64,000 nucleotides of DNA from Macrostomum lignano (Eukaryota): the NCBI GenBank assembly GCA_002269645.1, contig NIVC01000343.1:109218-173217 (forward strand). Reading direction: 5' to 3'. Shown one piece after another: positions 48,480-59,987 of this stretch; positions within the stretch are counted from its first letter, which is position 1; each line of letters begins with the position of its first letter. Under the pieces are notes generated by a model that was not told the DNA's origin, did no database searches, and saw only the letters and a list, made by a program, of their open reading frames with translations. The translations under genes were made by a program, and so were the position numbers.

Positions 48480-50084
48480 CGCAGCTCAAGCATGGCCTTG
48501 GCGAGGGTTGCTGCAAGACAGGAGAAGCTTAAAGATTTTAAATATGAATTACATATTGTAGATGCAAGTAAGGTCCACATTCAGGATGGCAAAATTACAC
48601 TTGATAAATCATGACAATGAATATGATATAAAAACCTAGGTTTTGTGTATTATATTTGCATAGGATATATTTTCCTGTTATATTTCGTGTTATATTTTCA
48701 TTATTTTCAGTTAAACATAACAAATATATGCGCATTTGACAGACTATTCTGCCTATTTATTAGGTTGCCAGGCATTTCAGTGTCTATACTCTTTGCTATC
48801 CAATATATTGGTATCTCTATTTGTTTTTCAAGACATTAGTTTACCTTTTCAACCCTAAGAATTTACCTGGCTATTTACCTAGCTGCATTGTTATCCAGCC
48901 AGATCAACTGGGTGTTGCACATGTATAGTGATGTATAAGCAAGAGAATTAATGATTCATAATATATTAATGTTTCCCTAGTTAGTACCAATTTTATTTGT
49001 GCCATCTGAAGCAGCATAACTTGGTCAGCCATAACTTAGCTTATAAAATACTTAGAAAAGCCATTAAAATATTAATAAAAAAATCAAATATGACTTTATC
49101 CGATGACTATTGATTTGGATACAATAGTTGCTAATAAGGCCTAAATAATCACTATCCTAACAAGTAGCTATTGTATATATATTTTAAATAGATATTGCAA
49201 CTATTAAGTCAATAATTAAATCTACTTTATGAAAAATGAATTGTCTCAATCTTCTTCTATCTATTTTTCATCTGTCTCTGACTTGAGAAAAAAAACTAAA
49301 CTGATTTTTATGAAACTTGCACTGTTTGATAAGAAATTTTCTATGACAATATCAATATACATGTCTTGGCTAAAAAAATTGAAAGATCCTAAAGGGATTA
49401 AATACTTGAAAAACATGTTATTTTCAAAGATCAAGCAAAAGTTTTTACAATAGCAGTAAATATTTCTGAAATTGATCAATACCTAGATAGATACCTACTA
49501 ACAAAGCTTTTTAGTATTTGAATTAGAAATATGCCACTGATAACCAATTGAAGAGTTGAAGAGAGAATTAAAGAATTGATAAATACATGTAAAAAAAGCA
49601 AGCTTTCAAAAAGTGTACAACAATTATGAGTGTTACCTCTTAATACAACAGTAACTTTGTTAGACAATGGAAGGAAAGATGGATGCCATTGAGGTGAGAT
49701 TGAGGTTGATATTAATGTTGAGCATAGTGCACCCTTGAGTGATTGAGGCCTCAATAGTAGCAGTTAGTCTATATAGTCCAATGCCTAATAACTTTCTGTC
49801 AGAGGAGTGAGAGGGATATGATGGTGCTAAATGACCTAAACTGCTATAGCAAAGGAATCCTTAAATTCTAGAACTGGTACAAAAACTATCCACTACTAGA
49901 ATAGCCAATACTAGGGATTAATGTAGTGTGAATAACAAAAACAACAATAGTAGCAATAGTAGTTCCAATGAGAAAACTCACCTAAGACTACATATATATA
50001 GTATATAGTAGTTTTGCTAAACATTGCAATGCAAAAATTGTTACTAAGTACACCTTAAAATAGTAGCATCATCTGTGCTATCCT

Positions 50085-50760
50085 GGCTTTGATTGATAAG
50101 ACCCTGTCTACTAGTGGGTATGTTCTTATGTCAAAGCATCTTTTGCACTAGGCCTTAGGGGTATGTCAATGGAAAGCCAAATTCAAGTTAACTTTTATTT
50201 GAAATGCCTTGCTCAAGTAAATATAGCTGACATTGTCTGTAACAACTATATAGCTATACTTGTACTAACACTAGACAAGATCTACATGTACTGGCAAATA
50301 GATGTCTATAAGCAGCTTCAGTTGCAGGTATAAGCAGAGAGATTTCTGCAGAAACTAGTGTTCTTAGTAGATCAGAAGTACAAGTCTAGTGTTTTTTACT
50401 TGGCTTTTCTGAAAGGTATTGGAATTTTAAGTTGTCAATCTGTCTGGACTCTTGACAAAACTTGAATTACATTGTTTGCTTTGATAGATATTTTGCAAGC
50501 AAGGTGACTTGCTTTGTTGCAATTTCATGCTGGGTTCTATCTAGAAAGATTCTAATGAAATGTAGAATACCTTTAAAGAACTCCTATGGAATTTACAAAA
50601 TGGACACAAACATTCTAAGCTGCATTCAATTTCTGAAAATCAAGGTGGCTATTATAACAATCTAATAAAGTGCCATCTAGATGCTAAACTCACTATAGCA
50701 TAGCTGATATCTCAGGTAGCCTCCCAAACAAGCTGTTCAATAGGCATGAGTCATCTATAT
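50085..50760 (+). pseudogene. Heavily mutated piggyBac-like transposase relic
   Basis: Fragments in colinear order IDKTL (cf. IDE), YVNGKPN (cf. QYxxxKP) and NYIVCFDRYFAS (cf. YFDNYFTS), broken by stops and frameshifts. Confidence 0.35.
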
Positions 50761-51539
50761 ATTATTTATTAGCCTAGCAAAGGTACACTGCTCAATATGC
50801 CTATTAACAGCCATGTTTCTATGTGACAGTTTTTTAGCCACTATGCACAGATAAGCCATTGCCCATTTGCACTAGCTGAAACAACTGCTAATCACCATTG
50901 ATGCCATTGGCACAAGCTTTGTTGCCATTACTACTATTAGAATAGCCTTCACTACCATTAGTATAGCCTCCATTGCCATTTGCACAACCTTTGCTGCTAC
51001 CACTACCATTGGTATGACATTTGCTACTACTGCTATTAATATGGCCTTTGCTATCATTGTAGTAAATGGGTTGTCTTAGTAGATAGTCCAGTTTTTAAAA
51101 AGCAAGCAACTTTTGGGCAATATGGCAATGTTTGTTTCTATGAGACACTAACCACTTAACAGACATTGCAAATAGGACAAAATGTCTATTTTTTTAGACA
51201 ATAATTTTTTAGACAAGAAAGCTATCTACTAACACTTACCACTATCATGATTTTTTAGGGTCCAATTAACAGATAGAAAGCCAAGGCTGGAGAGAAAATG
51301 TTTAAAAATCTCCTACCCTTAAACTCTCCTCTAGTGCTATACATGTGCTTATAGTGCATAGTGGGACATGAAGCTATAAGAAATTGCAAGCTTGATATAG
51401 GTCTACTATAGAACTGGCAATCCAACAATTGATAGGCCTAGTTATGGACTCTTGAATAGTAGAAAGTCTAGACAAGAAACAGAAAAAGAAAATGTTAATT
51501 TAGCATATGACATAGTCAAGCCTAAAACAAATGAGTGGA

Positions 51540-52336
51540 CAAGGACTACTTAACAACTCAGGATGTTACACTTGCAAATGGTAGAAATTCTAGAAAAGGC
51601 CGCTTGCTCCGCTGTGTCTATGGCAATGAAGCCTTTTCACTAACAAACTCTCATACTCTCAGTGCAAGGTTTAAACAAAGTGAAGCAACAATTTTAGTTT
51701 TTCGTCCAAATTCTTATCTTATCAGATGTTCTTTTTGTTCAAAATGCCAATGAATGCTGCGTCCCAGGATGCAGAAGCAATTATAAAAGCGGCGAAAAAT
51801 GCACTGTTTTTGGCTTTCCAAAGGAAGAAGCTGAAGCTGATGCATCTGTAGAAGGCTAGCATCTACATGGGAGTTGGGTTTTCAGCACAGGCTGCAGCGC
51901 AGTCAACTGGAAGCAATTTTCAACAGGATGTGCAGCTATGAAATCTCTGCAAGCCTTGCAGCTCATTCTCACATAGCTGCACTGCCGACTTTGCAAACTG
52001 AAACCTAGCTGAATGTCTCTTTAAAACATCTTTATGTTCATCTGGATCTATTTTGCCTTATACAGTTGTATACAGAGTTCCATCAGTTGCATATTCTACT
52101 CTTTAATTGTAAGGTACTTCTTGTACCAACTATATTTGTATTTATTAATTTTATATTTGTAAATATATATATATATATAGCAAACAGTTAATGAGCACCT
52201 ACCACTAGATAGGTTAGCACTTGCTTCTTTATCAAAAAAGCTTATGAAAAGCCATAGAAACAGCTAAAGCAAGCGGCCTTTTCTAGAATTTCTACCAATT
52301 GCAAGTGTAACATCCTGAGTTGTTAAGTAGTCCTTG
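51540..52336 (+). mobile_element. Internally deleted P-superfamily element retaining the start of a THAP domain
   Basis: About 70-bp TIR beginning CAAGGACTAC. 8-bp TSD tgagtgga at 51532-51539 and 52337-52344. Internal CCVPGCRSNYKSGEKCTVFGFPKEE near 51757-51830. Confidence 0.85.
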
Positions 52337-52788
52337 TGAGTGGATAGCATTTTTCTTCTGTCCTGGACCTAGAGCTCTTTCTACTTTCTACTTTGAGACT
52401 TTTCAAGCCAGGCCAAGGATTTGTTCCTCTGGTCTTTATGTGGGTGGGGTGGGGAAAAGATGAAGTACACATTTAGTGCTTCAGTTTCTTTTTTGTGCAC
52501 TATAGAACTAAGTCTTAGTTAAAGAGCAAGTATATACAAGGTTTCTAGGGATTTCAGTTTACAGATTGGGCTTCATGTGACTCAACCCTAACATGCCTGT
52601 TTATATCCCATTCTCCTTTCTTTTTATTTGTGAATGTACTCTCTCATTCTTTCCACCCTCTTATACAGAGAGAAAATAATAGGAATATAGTTTTCCTACA
52701 AGTCTACAATCCTAAAATCTTCATCTACCTTACTGATTCAATTCAATTCAAAGTTTTTAATTCACTAGCCTTTTTTATTACTAAAATA

Positions 52789-54900
52789 GCATAGGCTACA
52801 AGTGTTGTGCATTTGGCTGCACAAGTGGCTACAAAAATCATCCGCAACAAGATGAGACTAAGGTGACATTCTATTCTTTTCTAAAAGATGAAGCTCTTAA
52901 AGCTTTATGGTTGAAAGCCAACCCAAGAAAAGATTTTGTATTATCTAAGCACTCCAGAATGTGCTCCCTGCATTTTGTGCCTAGTGACTTCATTGAAGAA
53001 CATTCCAATAGCAATTTTTGCAGATCAAATAACTTTGCCATGAAGAAGCTAATAAAAAGGTACTTTAAGAAGGATGCAATACCCACTATCTTTCCTAATG
53101 CACTGTCTTACTTGTCCTTAAAGCCAGCAACTGTTTGAAATTCTGCTTCCATTGCAACTGTCTCTGGTCACCTAAAGAAGGAAGTCTAACACTTAAAAGC
53201 CATGGGAGAGGCATTTGAAAATAACAATAACATTAGCTCCCTGAGTCTGAAGGAGGTGAAAGGTTGACTGGCTAAGGAGAACAAAAAGCCTGAAGGATTT
53301 CAGATTATCATCATAGATGGGATTTTGATGATCTACTTTTTAGCATATATCAGTGGCATTCTAAATGTGACCAGTTCAATCTCAGTTTATGCTGATTTTA
53401 AGTGCAGGTAAGTTGTGGCAAAGAAGTCATTTTGCCTAGGCCTTACCATGACATCCTGTCAGATAGACTAAGTACTTTGTCTCAATTATTGAATCTCTTA
53501 GCTTACTTAAAAGCATAGTGTAGTGATAAAAAATATGCATCAGATCAATTTTTGGACTCTGCTATCACAAACTTAAAAAGATATATAGGAACTCTAGTGG
53601 AGGGATGTGACAAACATAAGAAGCTTAGCTTAATTCTTGAACAAATTGAGTTGGCTTCTTTAACAAAGTACCATTGGAATTACTCACCCAAGCTATTGAT
53701 TTTAGCCTATCTTGTCCATGCCTCAAGTTTAGCAGCCTACTAAGTTCTACTAGAAGATGTACTATGCCTACTATCTATTAGAACTCTACAGATGATTATT
53801 AAACATGTACAAGGCAAGTCTAGACTAGACAATTTTGCCTATTTAAACCTTCAAATCTCTAACCTAAACAATTTCAAAAGAACATGTTGCTGATTATTGA
53901 CAAAATATACATTGCAAAATGTATAGAATATAGCAGTGAGGAAGTCTACAGTCTTATAGGTGATAGTGCATCCTTTCACGCACCATTCTGGAACTAAAAA
54001 ATATTGAATGGGTCTCTGTGCAACTGGCAACTACTGTGTTCTCAGAGTACAAGAAACGTGCTCATATACTATTCTAGACATAGTGGAAAGCCTGAATGGA
54101 ATGGGATGGCCCCTTTATATTACTTGTTTTAAAGCTTTAGAATGTGCTAAATGTAAAATCATCTGTTAAAGGAAAGCATACACGAGATATAAGTATGGAC
54201 CCCATGTGCTTGTCTTTGGACTGGAAATTAGTGTTTCTTAAAGATTTTGCCAATTTTTTGCAATGGTAGAAGTCTAGTGGTCAGTTGGGATTAATGGCAG
54301 AAAAGTTCCTCACTTTGAGGCAAGCTTGTCTTACTTTTTTGGACTATGCTAGTTTCTTTATTGATCATCTAGGATTCAATTACGTTTTTTAGGTCAAATA
54401 CAATCAAATGCATTGGAATCTCAATTTGGCTAGCTGTGATAGCTAATTGGTGCAAATTACTTTGTGTCAATGAAACAAGTTTTGGAGGATAACAGAAAAT
54501 TCTGCATAGTCTCACTTCTGAAGTTTTCAAATATAACACTACTGGATATCAAAAAAGCAGCTGCACTTTCAGTGGAAGAATGCCAGATAGAAAAAACAAC
54601 AGAACTGGAAAATGTTGCTTATTCTTTATCCGAGGCTATCAAACTCAATATAGAACTATCAATTGATGATCTAAATATAATTTTCTACATAACTAGTACT
54701 GTTGCTTGCTTTACTATTGCAGTAACAAAGCGGAAGTGGTATGTTGACTTGCTTATTGATATAGATGAGAACTTAAGAACTGACAAAGCCAATCTATGCC
54801 ATTTCATTTTTCTGGATAGCGTCAACAGAGGTGACAAAAGTCATTTTGGTTAAAAAGTTTTCACCACATTTAGAAGGCACCATATAGTTATAGTTCATTA
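52789..54900 (+). pseudogene. Decayed THAP/P-element (THAP9-like) transposase
   Basis: THAP domain GYKCCAFGC..FYSF..W..CSLHF..DF..DAIPTIFP, followed by P-transposase-like YSPKLLILAYLVHASSLAAY..L.SIRTL. Many stops and frameshifts. Confidence 0.75.
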
Positions 54901-57349
54901 CCTGTGTTAATGAAAAGTTCCAGCACTTCTGGCACTTTGAATACCAAAGGTTACTTTTTTAAAGCGGCACTTTTTTCCGGTTCTTTTTTAGAATGCTGGA
55001 CTTTGGTAATAGAAGTTGTTTTTTGATAAGTCTGGTCTTCCAGTACTTGAAAATGAAATTTTAGGTGCCAAACAGCTAATTTAGCATTAAATATTTCCCA
55101 ACAGTACAAAAAATTCACCAAATACTTGTAGTGCAATTATTAAAAATTATTACCTTTAATTAAGGTAGTTATACAATTATACAAAGGTAATTATATAATT
55201 ATTACCTTTTAAAAGTAAAAAGGTAAAAAAAGATAATCCTAGATCATGTGGTTTCTACTTTAAGTTTTAAGAGTATATTGTGTATATACCAACTGATTGA
55301 GCACCAAAGCAATTGATTGTTACTTGTTGCTTTTTTTAAGTTTGCACACTTGTTACTTACATGCACTTGTTGTACATAATATTATTGAAAAATTACCTAA
55401 GTTACCAATGTTTGAATTTTATCTATTAGCATAGATGTTTTGGCAAAAAGCCTTTTACCAAAATGATTAATGATTGACTGACTGATTGACTAATGTCCAA
55501 AAAGGGCCTACCTATTTACATATACCTCCTTTATGGCATGAGCTATGTTTATTTTTTGTGTATAGAATGTGCATATGTACCTTAAATTTTAAAATTGCAC
55601 CCTGAAATTGAAACGTAGGTATAGTCTTATAACCTATTTTTCTATTAAAGCCGTATTCACAGTGCCTTAAAATAAGAAAAGAGAGATTGCACTTTGAGCC
55701 TTTAAATCACACCATGAAAGTGAGCATAGGGTGCGATTTTGCACCTTGTCTCTGGGGAAAAAGAAAACCCTGGATATGAGTATAATTGATATTCAAATGC
55801 TTGCAAAATGAGCTTTTCAAAAGCAAGTAGACCTATACAAATGACTAGGACCTAGCCAAATAACCCAGAAGAAGTAAATCAACCTGTTGACCATAGAAAT
55901 AAAAAAACATATATTAAACTACTTTTAACTCTCTTTCATTTGAAAAAGGCTATTATTGGCATTGATTTTCATTTTGAAAGAATAGGGGGGGCCTAATTAA
56001 TTTAAATTTAAAAAAATATTTTATATAGGGGGCCTACATAGTCATAAGGCTTGGCCAATAAGGCCGTTAGGGGTCCCTTTTGCTAGATGCTTAAGTAAAC
56101 ATTCTTCAAATAGGCTCAAGCAAGGTAAAATTGGTAAACTCAAAGTAGACAACCTTATTTATTAGCTCAACTCATGTGTTAGACCTAGTATGACTAGGCC
56201 TAACCTGCCTAACTAGGCCTAACCTATAGACATTGTGGCTCCAGTCCAAGGTTTATCTGAAGGGGCCTATATACATTTAAACATTCCATAAAATAAATGA
56301 ATATTGCCAAATAAAATCTCAAAAAGGCCTTAATGCAAGGATTGTATTTAAATATTTGTATATTTTTCAAAATTCAGGGTGCAAAACCCAGGCCTAGCGC
56401 CTAGTCTATACTACCCTAAGACTAATGGTCCCAGGTCAATTCGGTGACAAGACATTTCGGTGACAACAACTTCGGTGACAACTTGGGACGTTTCGGTGAC
56501 ACCAGTGGTCAATTCGGTGACAAGCTTTTTAGACTTGATTTGACTATTTTTCGTTGTTAAATATTAAAATATAGCTGTCACTATAAACTCTTATTAAAGT
56601 ATTGATGGTTCGTATGCTATCAATTATCATTTTGTTTGAGTGCGTTTCGAGGCATAATCACTTATAGCGCGCACTTAATTTTATCCATACTTTTCATTTT
56701 TCAACTCAAATCAACTGTCAACGATCCAATTGATGATTCGATTTTTTGTACTACATCTACTACATGTACATGTATGGTAGATGTACATGTACATGTACGT
56801 CTTAAAAGCCATTGAACGAGTTTAGAAAACAACTGTATACCTATAGCGTAGCTTATGACTGTATATACGAGTATGTTATGTGCTAATTCAGGGACTAAGG
56901 CAAGGGGCGCCAATAGGGGCGGACCCGCGGATAGAGCTTGATAGAACTTATTGACCCCCCTAAAACCTAAAAACTTATTAACCCAAAAACTTATTGAGCA
57001 CCATTTAAACTAGATTTTTCGCCTCCTACACGCATTTTTGCACCCCTAGCTTAAAATAAATTAGCGCCCCTCATACTCATGTTGGCGCCCAAAACTTGGA
57101 CCGACGCCCCCCCTTTCGGCCCCCAAATGAAATTCTAGATCCGCTACTGTATGTGCGCCTCACAGAGTATAGGTTACGAGTGTGGGTGAGTTGGCTTGAA
57201 ATTATATTGTAATTAGTTTTGGCGCTTATTGACAACTGTCCTGTGCGTGTACAGTAAACTTATGGTCGCGGCTCGTGACCATGTCAACATAAACACGTAC
57301 ATGTGTATAAATGTAAAGTCATTTTAGTCCCTTAAAGCCATTTTAAGGG

Positions 57350-58026
57350 AAGTTCGAAGATTCGCTCCCGATTTCTCACCCGCGAGATTCGTTCTCGACT
57401 ATGAGCAGCCAGCCTGGAAGGCGGTTCGATGCATCTTTCCGCAGGCTGAAGTGCAGGGCTGCAATTTCCACTGGACCCAGGCAGTCTGGCGAAAAGTTCA
57501 GAACGTGGGTCTGCAGCAGTCCTATCGTGATGATGATGGCACAGAACGGTTCGTCCGGAAGTTGATGGCACTGCCGTACCTGCCACGTGACGAGATTAAC
57601 GAGGTGTTTGAAAGCCTCCGAGCTTCGCAAGCTGCTCAGGTAGACGAAAGGCTGCAGGAACTATGCGAGTACATTGGCAGTACATGGTTGGGCGAAGGCA
57701 GCAACTGGAAAGCGGATGACATTTGCGTGTTTGGTCAGCCCATCAGGACCAACAACGACCTGGAGGGCTGGCACTATCGCCTAAACCGTAAAGCTGGGAG
57801 GCGCAACCTCCAGTTCTATCTATTGCTGCAACTGCTCCACGAGGAAGCTATCCTGGTGCCACTCCAGGCTCACCTGCTGTCCAGAGGGGTACTGCGTCGA
57901 GAGCAGCGGCAAGGATACCGCACAGTTCAGTCTCGTTTATTTCGCTACTGGGCGGAACATGAACAAGGTACTCGAAGCACTCGGCGGCTGCTTAAATCCT
58001 GTGGTCGTCTCTTTAATCCGAAGTGA
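57350..58026 (+). CDS. C-terminal half of a MULE transposase (partial; first catalytic Asp not found)
   Basis: FVLDYEQPAWKAVRCIFPQAEVQGCNFHWTQAV..LMALPYLP..RTNNDLEGWH; these are the Mutator D(F/Y)E, CxxH and TNNxxE motifs. Confidence 0.8.
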
Positions 58027-58151
58027 CATGACGACTGTGTTGCACCAAAGACTACATATGTACTAGACATATACACTAGACTGTACATGTACTAGAATCG
58101 AAGGCCGGATATTTAGGGAACTATACTACTCGTGTATACCATGTACTCTCG

Positions 58152-58270
58152 CAGTAGCGCAACCAGAAATTTGTTGAGGGGGGGGGCGAATCATTCGCTT
58201 GGTCCCCTTTGATTTTTTCCGGTGTCCCCCGAAGGAGGGGCAACCGCCCCCCCCCCCGGTTGCGCCACTG
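58152..58270. mobile_element. Small TIR element (cagtagcgcaacc ... ggttgcgccactg)
   Basis: 13-bp TIR with one mismatch around G/C runs; no TSD found. Confidence 0.4.
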
Positions 58271-59056
58271 TGAGTATTCTGACAGTGATCAGAATAAATG
58301 AGTATTCTGATTCGTATACTCATTATATTAAATACTGTACTGTACATGTTGTGTCGACTTGTGTTGACGCCTTTTTTGGTGCAAATATGTTTACTGCTTA
58401 GTTCTCTGTCCTTACTAAAATACACTGCTAAATAACTCAACTATCATTCAGCTCATTATACTATCGATTCATATACTTGCACTGCACTGTAACTACTGCT
58501 TTGAAATAGCTTGATTTAGTAACGACAATAAATTTGTTTACGAAAATCAGACACCAAGAAGAAGCTATAGCTTTTGACTATACATCAAAGGGGGGAGGGG
58601 GCGGGGGGCGCGGTCGGTCCAAGTTTTGGGCGCCAACATGAGTATGAGGGGCGCTAATTTATTTTAAGCTAGGGGTGCAAAAATGCGTGTAGGAGGCGAA
58701 AAATCTAGTTTAAATGGTGCTCAATAAGTTTTTGGGTTAATAAGTTTTTAGGTTTTAGGGGGGTCAAATGAGTTCTATCAAGCTCTATCCGCGGGTCCGC
58801 CCCTATTGGCGCCCCTTGCCTTAGTCCCTGAATTAGCACATAACATACTCGTATATACAGTCATAAGCTACGCTATAGGTATACAGTTGTTTTCTAAACT
58901 CGTTCAATGGTTTTTAAGACGTACATGTACATGTACATCTACAATACATGTACATGTAGTAGATGTAGTACAAAAAATCGAATCATCAATTGGATCGTTG
59001 ACAGTTGATTTGAGTTGAAAAATGAAAAGTATGGATAAAATTAAGTGCGCGCTATA

Positions 59057-59135
59057 ACTTCCATGTCGCCAGCCGCATCTCAGCCGCGTCAAAATTTTAA
59101 ACGCAGTCCTGAGATGCGGCTGGCGACATGGAAGT
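59057..59135. mobile_element. 79-bp hairpin insertion with 9-bp TSD, nested in the right MULE TIR
   Basis: 27-bp perfect arms acttccatgtcgccagccgcatctcag. TSD cgcgctata at 59048-59056 and 59136-59144. Absent from the left TIR. Confidence 0.85.
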
Positions 59136-59600
59136 CGCGCTATAAGTGATTATGCCTCGAAACGCACTCAAACAAAATGATAATTGATAGCATACGAACC
59201 ATCAATACTTTAATAAGAGTTTATAGTGACAGCTATATTTTAATATTTAACAACGAAAAATAGTCAAATCAAGTCTAAAAAGCTTGTCACCGAATTGACC
59301 ACTGGTGTCACCGAAACGTCCCAAGTTGTCACCGAAGTTGTTGTCACCGAAATGTCTTGTCACCGAATTGACCTGGGACCAGACTAATATTGGGTCCATT
59401 AAATATCTATCAAGAATCAACAGGTCATGAGGATAGGGCTTAATTTATCGACGACGTTATTACATTATCAATCAGACCGGATATGAAAGATAATCGTTGG
59501 TGGTGCTTCTTTACGTACTTTAAAATTAACTCAATGTCAACCTTATGCCTTTTTTTGACGGAATTTTTAAAAAGTACGCAAGTTACCTATTTAAGCATTT

Positions 59601-59987
59601 GGGTCTCCCTAAAACACGCTCCGCACCGCCCTGCAGCGCTACACATTAAAACAAATTGGACTATAACTGAAGACACTTTAAAATGCGTTTTCTGTTAAGC
59701 TTCAAAGTTTTTATTAAATTAGGTTTTTTTTACTATGAAATATAAAATTCGGTGAATAATAAGTGATATTATTAATATTAATAATAATAATAAAATATTA
59801 ATAGTATAATTTAATAATGAAAACGGGAATATAAAAAATAATAACAATATTTATAATTATAATTAAAGATATTTATTCCATTACTCGTACAACAAATAGT
59901 TTTCTTTGCAATCAAATACTGCATTGACAAAAAATGTTATAATGTGTAGCGGTTCGGGGCGGTGCGGTGCGTGTTTTAGGGAGACCC
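59601..59987. mobile_element. MITE, 387 bp, with AT-rich interior
   Basis: About 50-bp imperfect TIR gggtctccctaaaacacgc..gctacacatta. 8-bp TSD aagcattt at 59593-59600 and 59988-59995. Confidence 0.8.

Larger units (their letters stand above)
56427..59380 (+). mobile_element. Mutator-like (MULE) element, internally deleted, with about 700-bp TIRs
   Basis: Arms 56427-57120 and 58620-59380 are near-perfect reverse complements. 8-bp TSD agactaat at 56419-56426 and 59381-59388. Confidence 0.88.

Noticed and set aside
56701-59018. Two near-identical 70-aa ORFs (MAPLALVPEL..) on opposite strands
   Set aside because: They are a by-product of the MULE inverted arms, with no sign of coding function.
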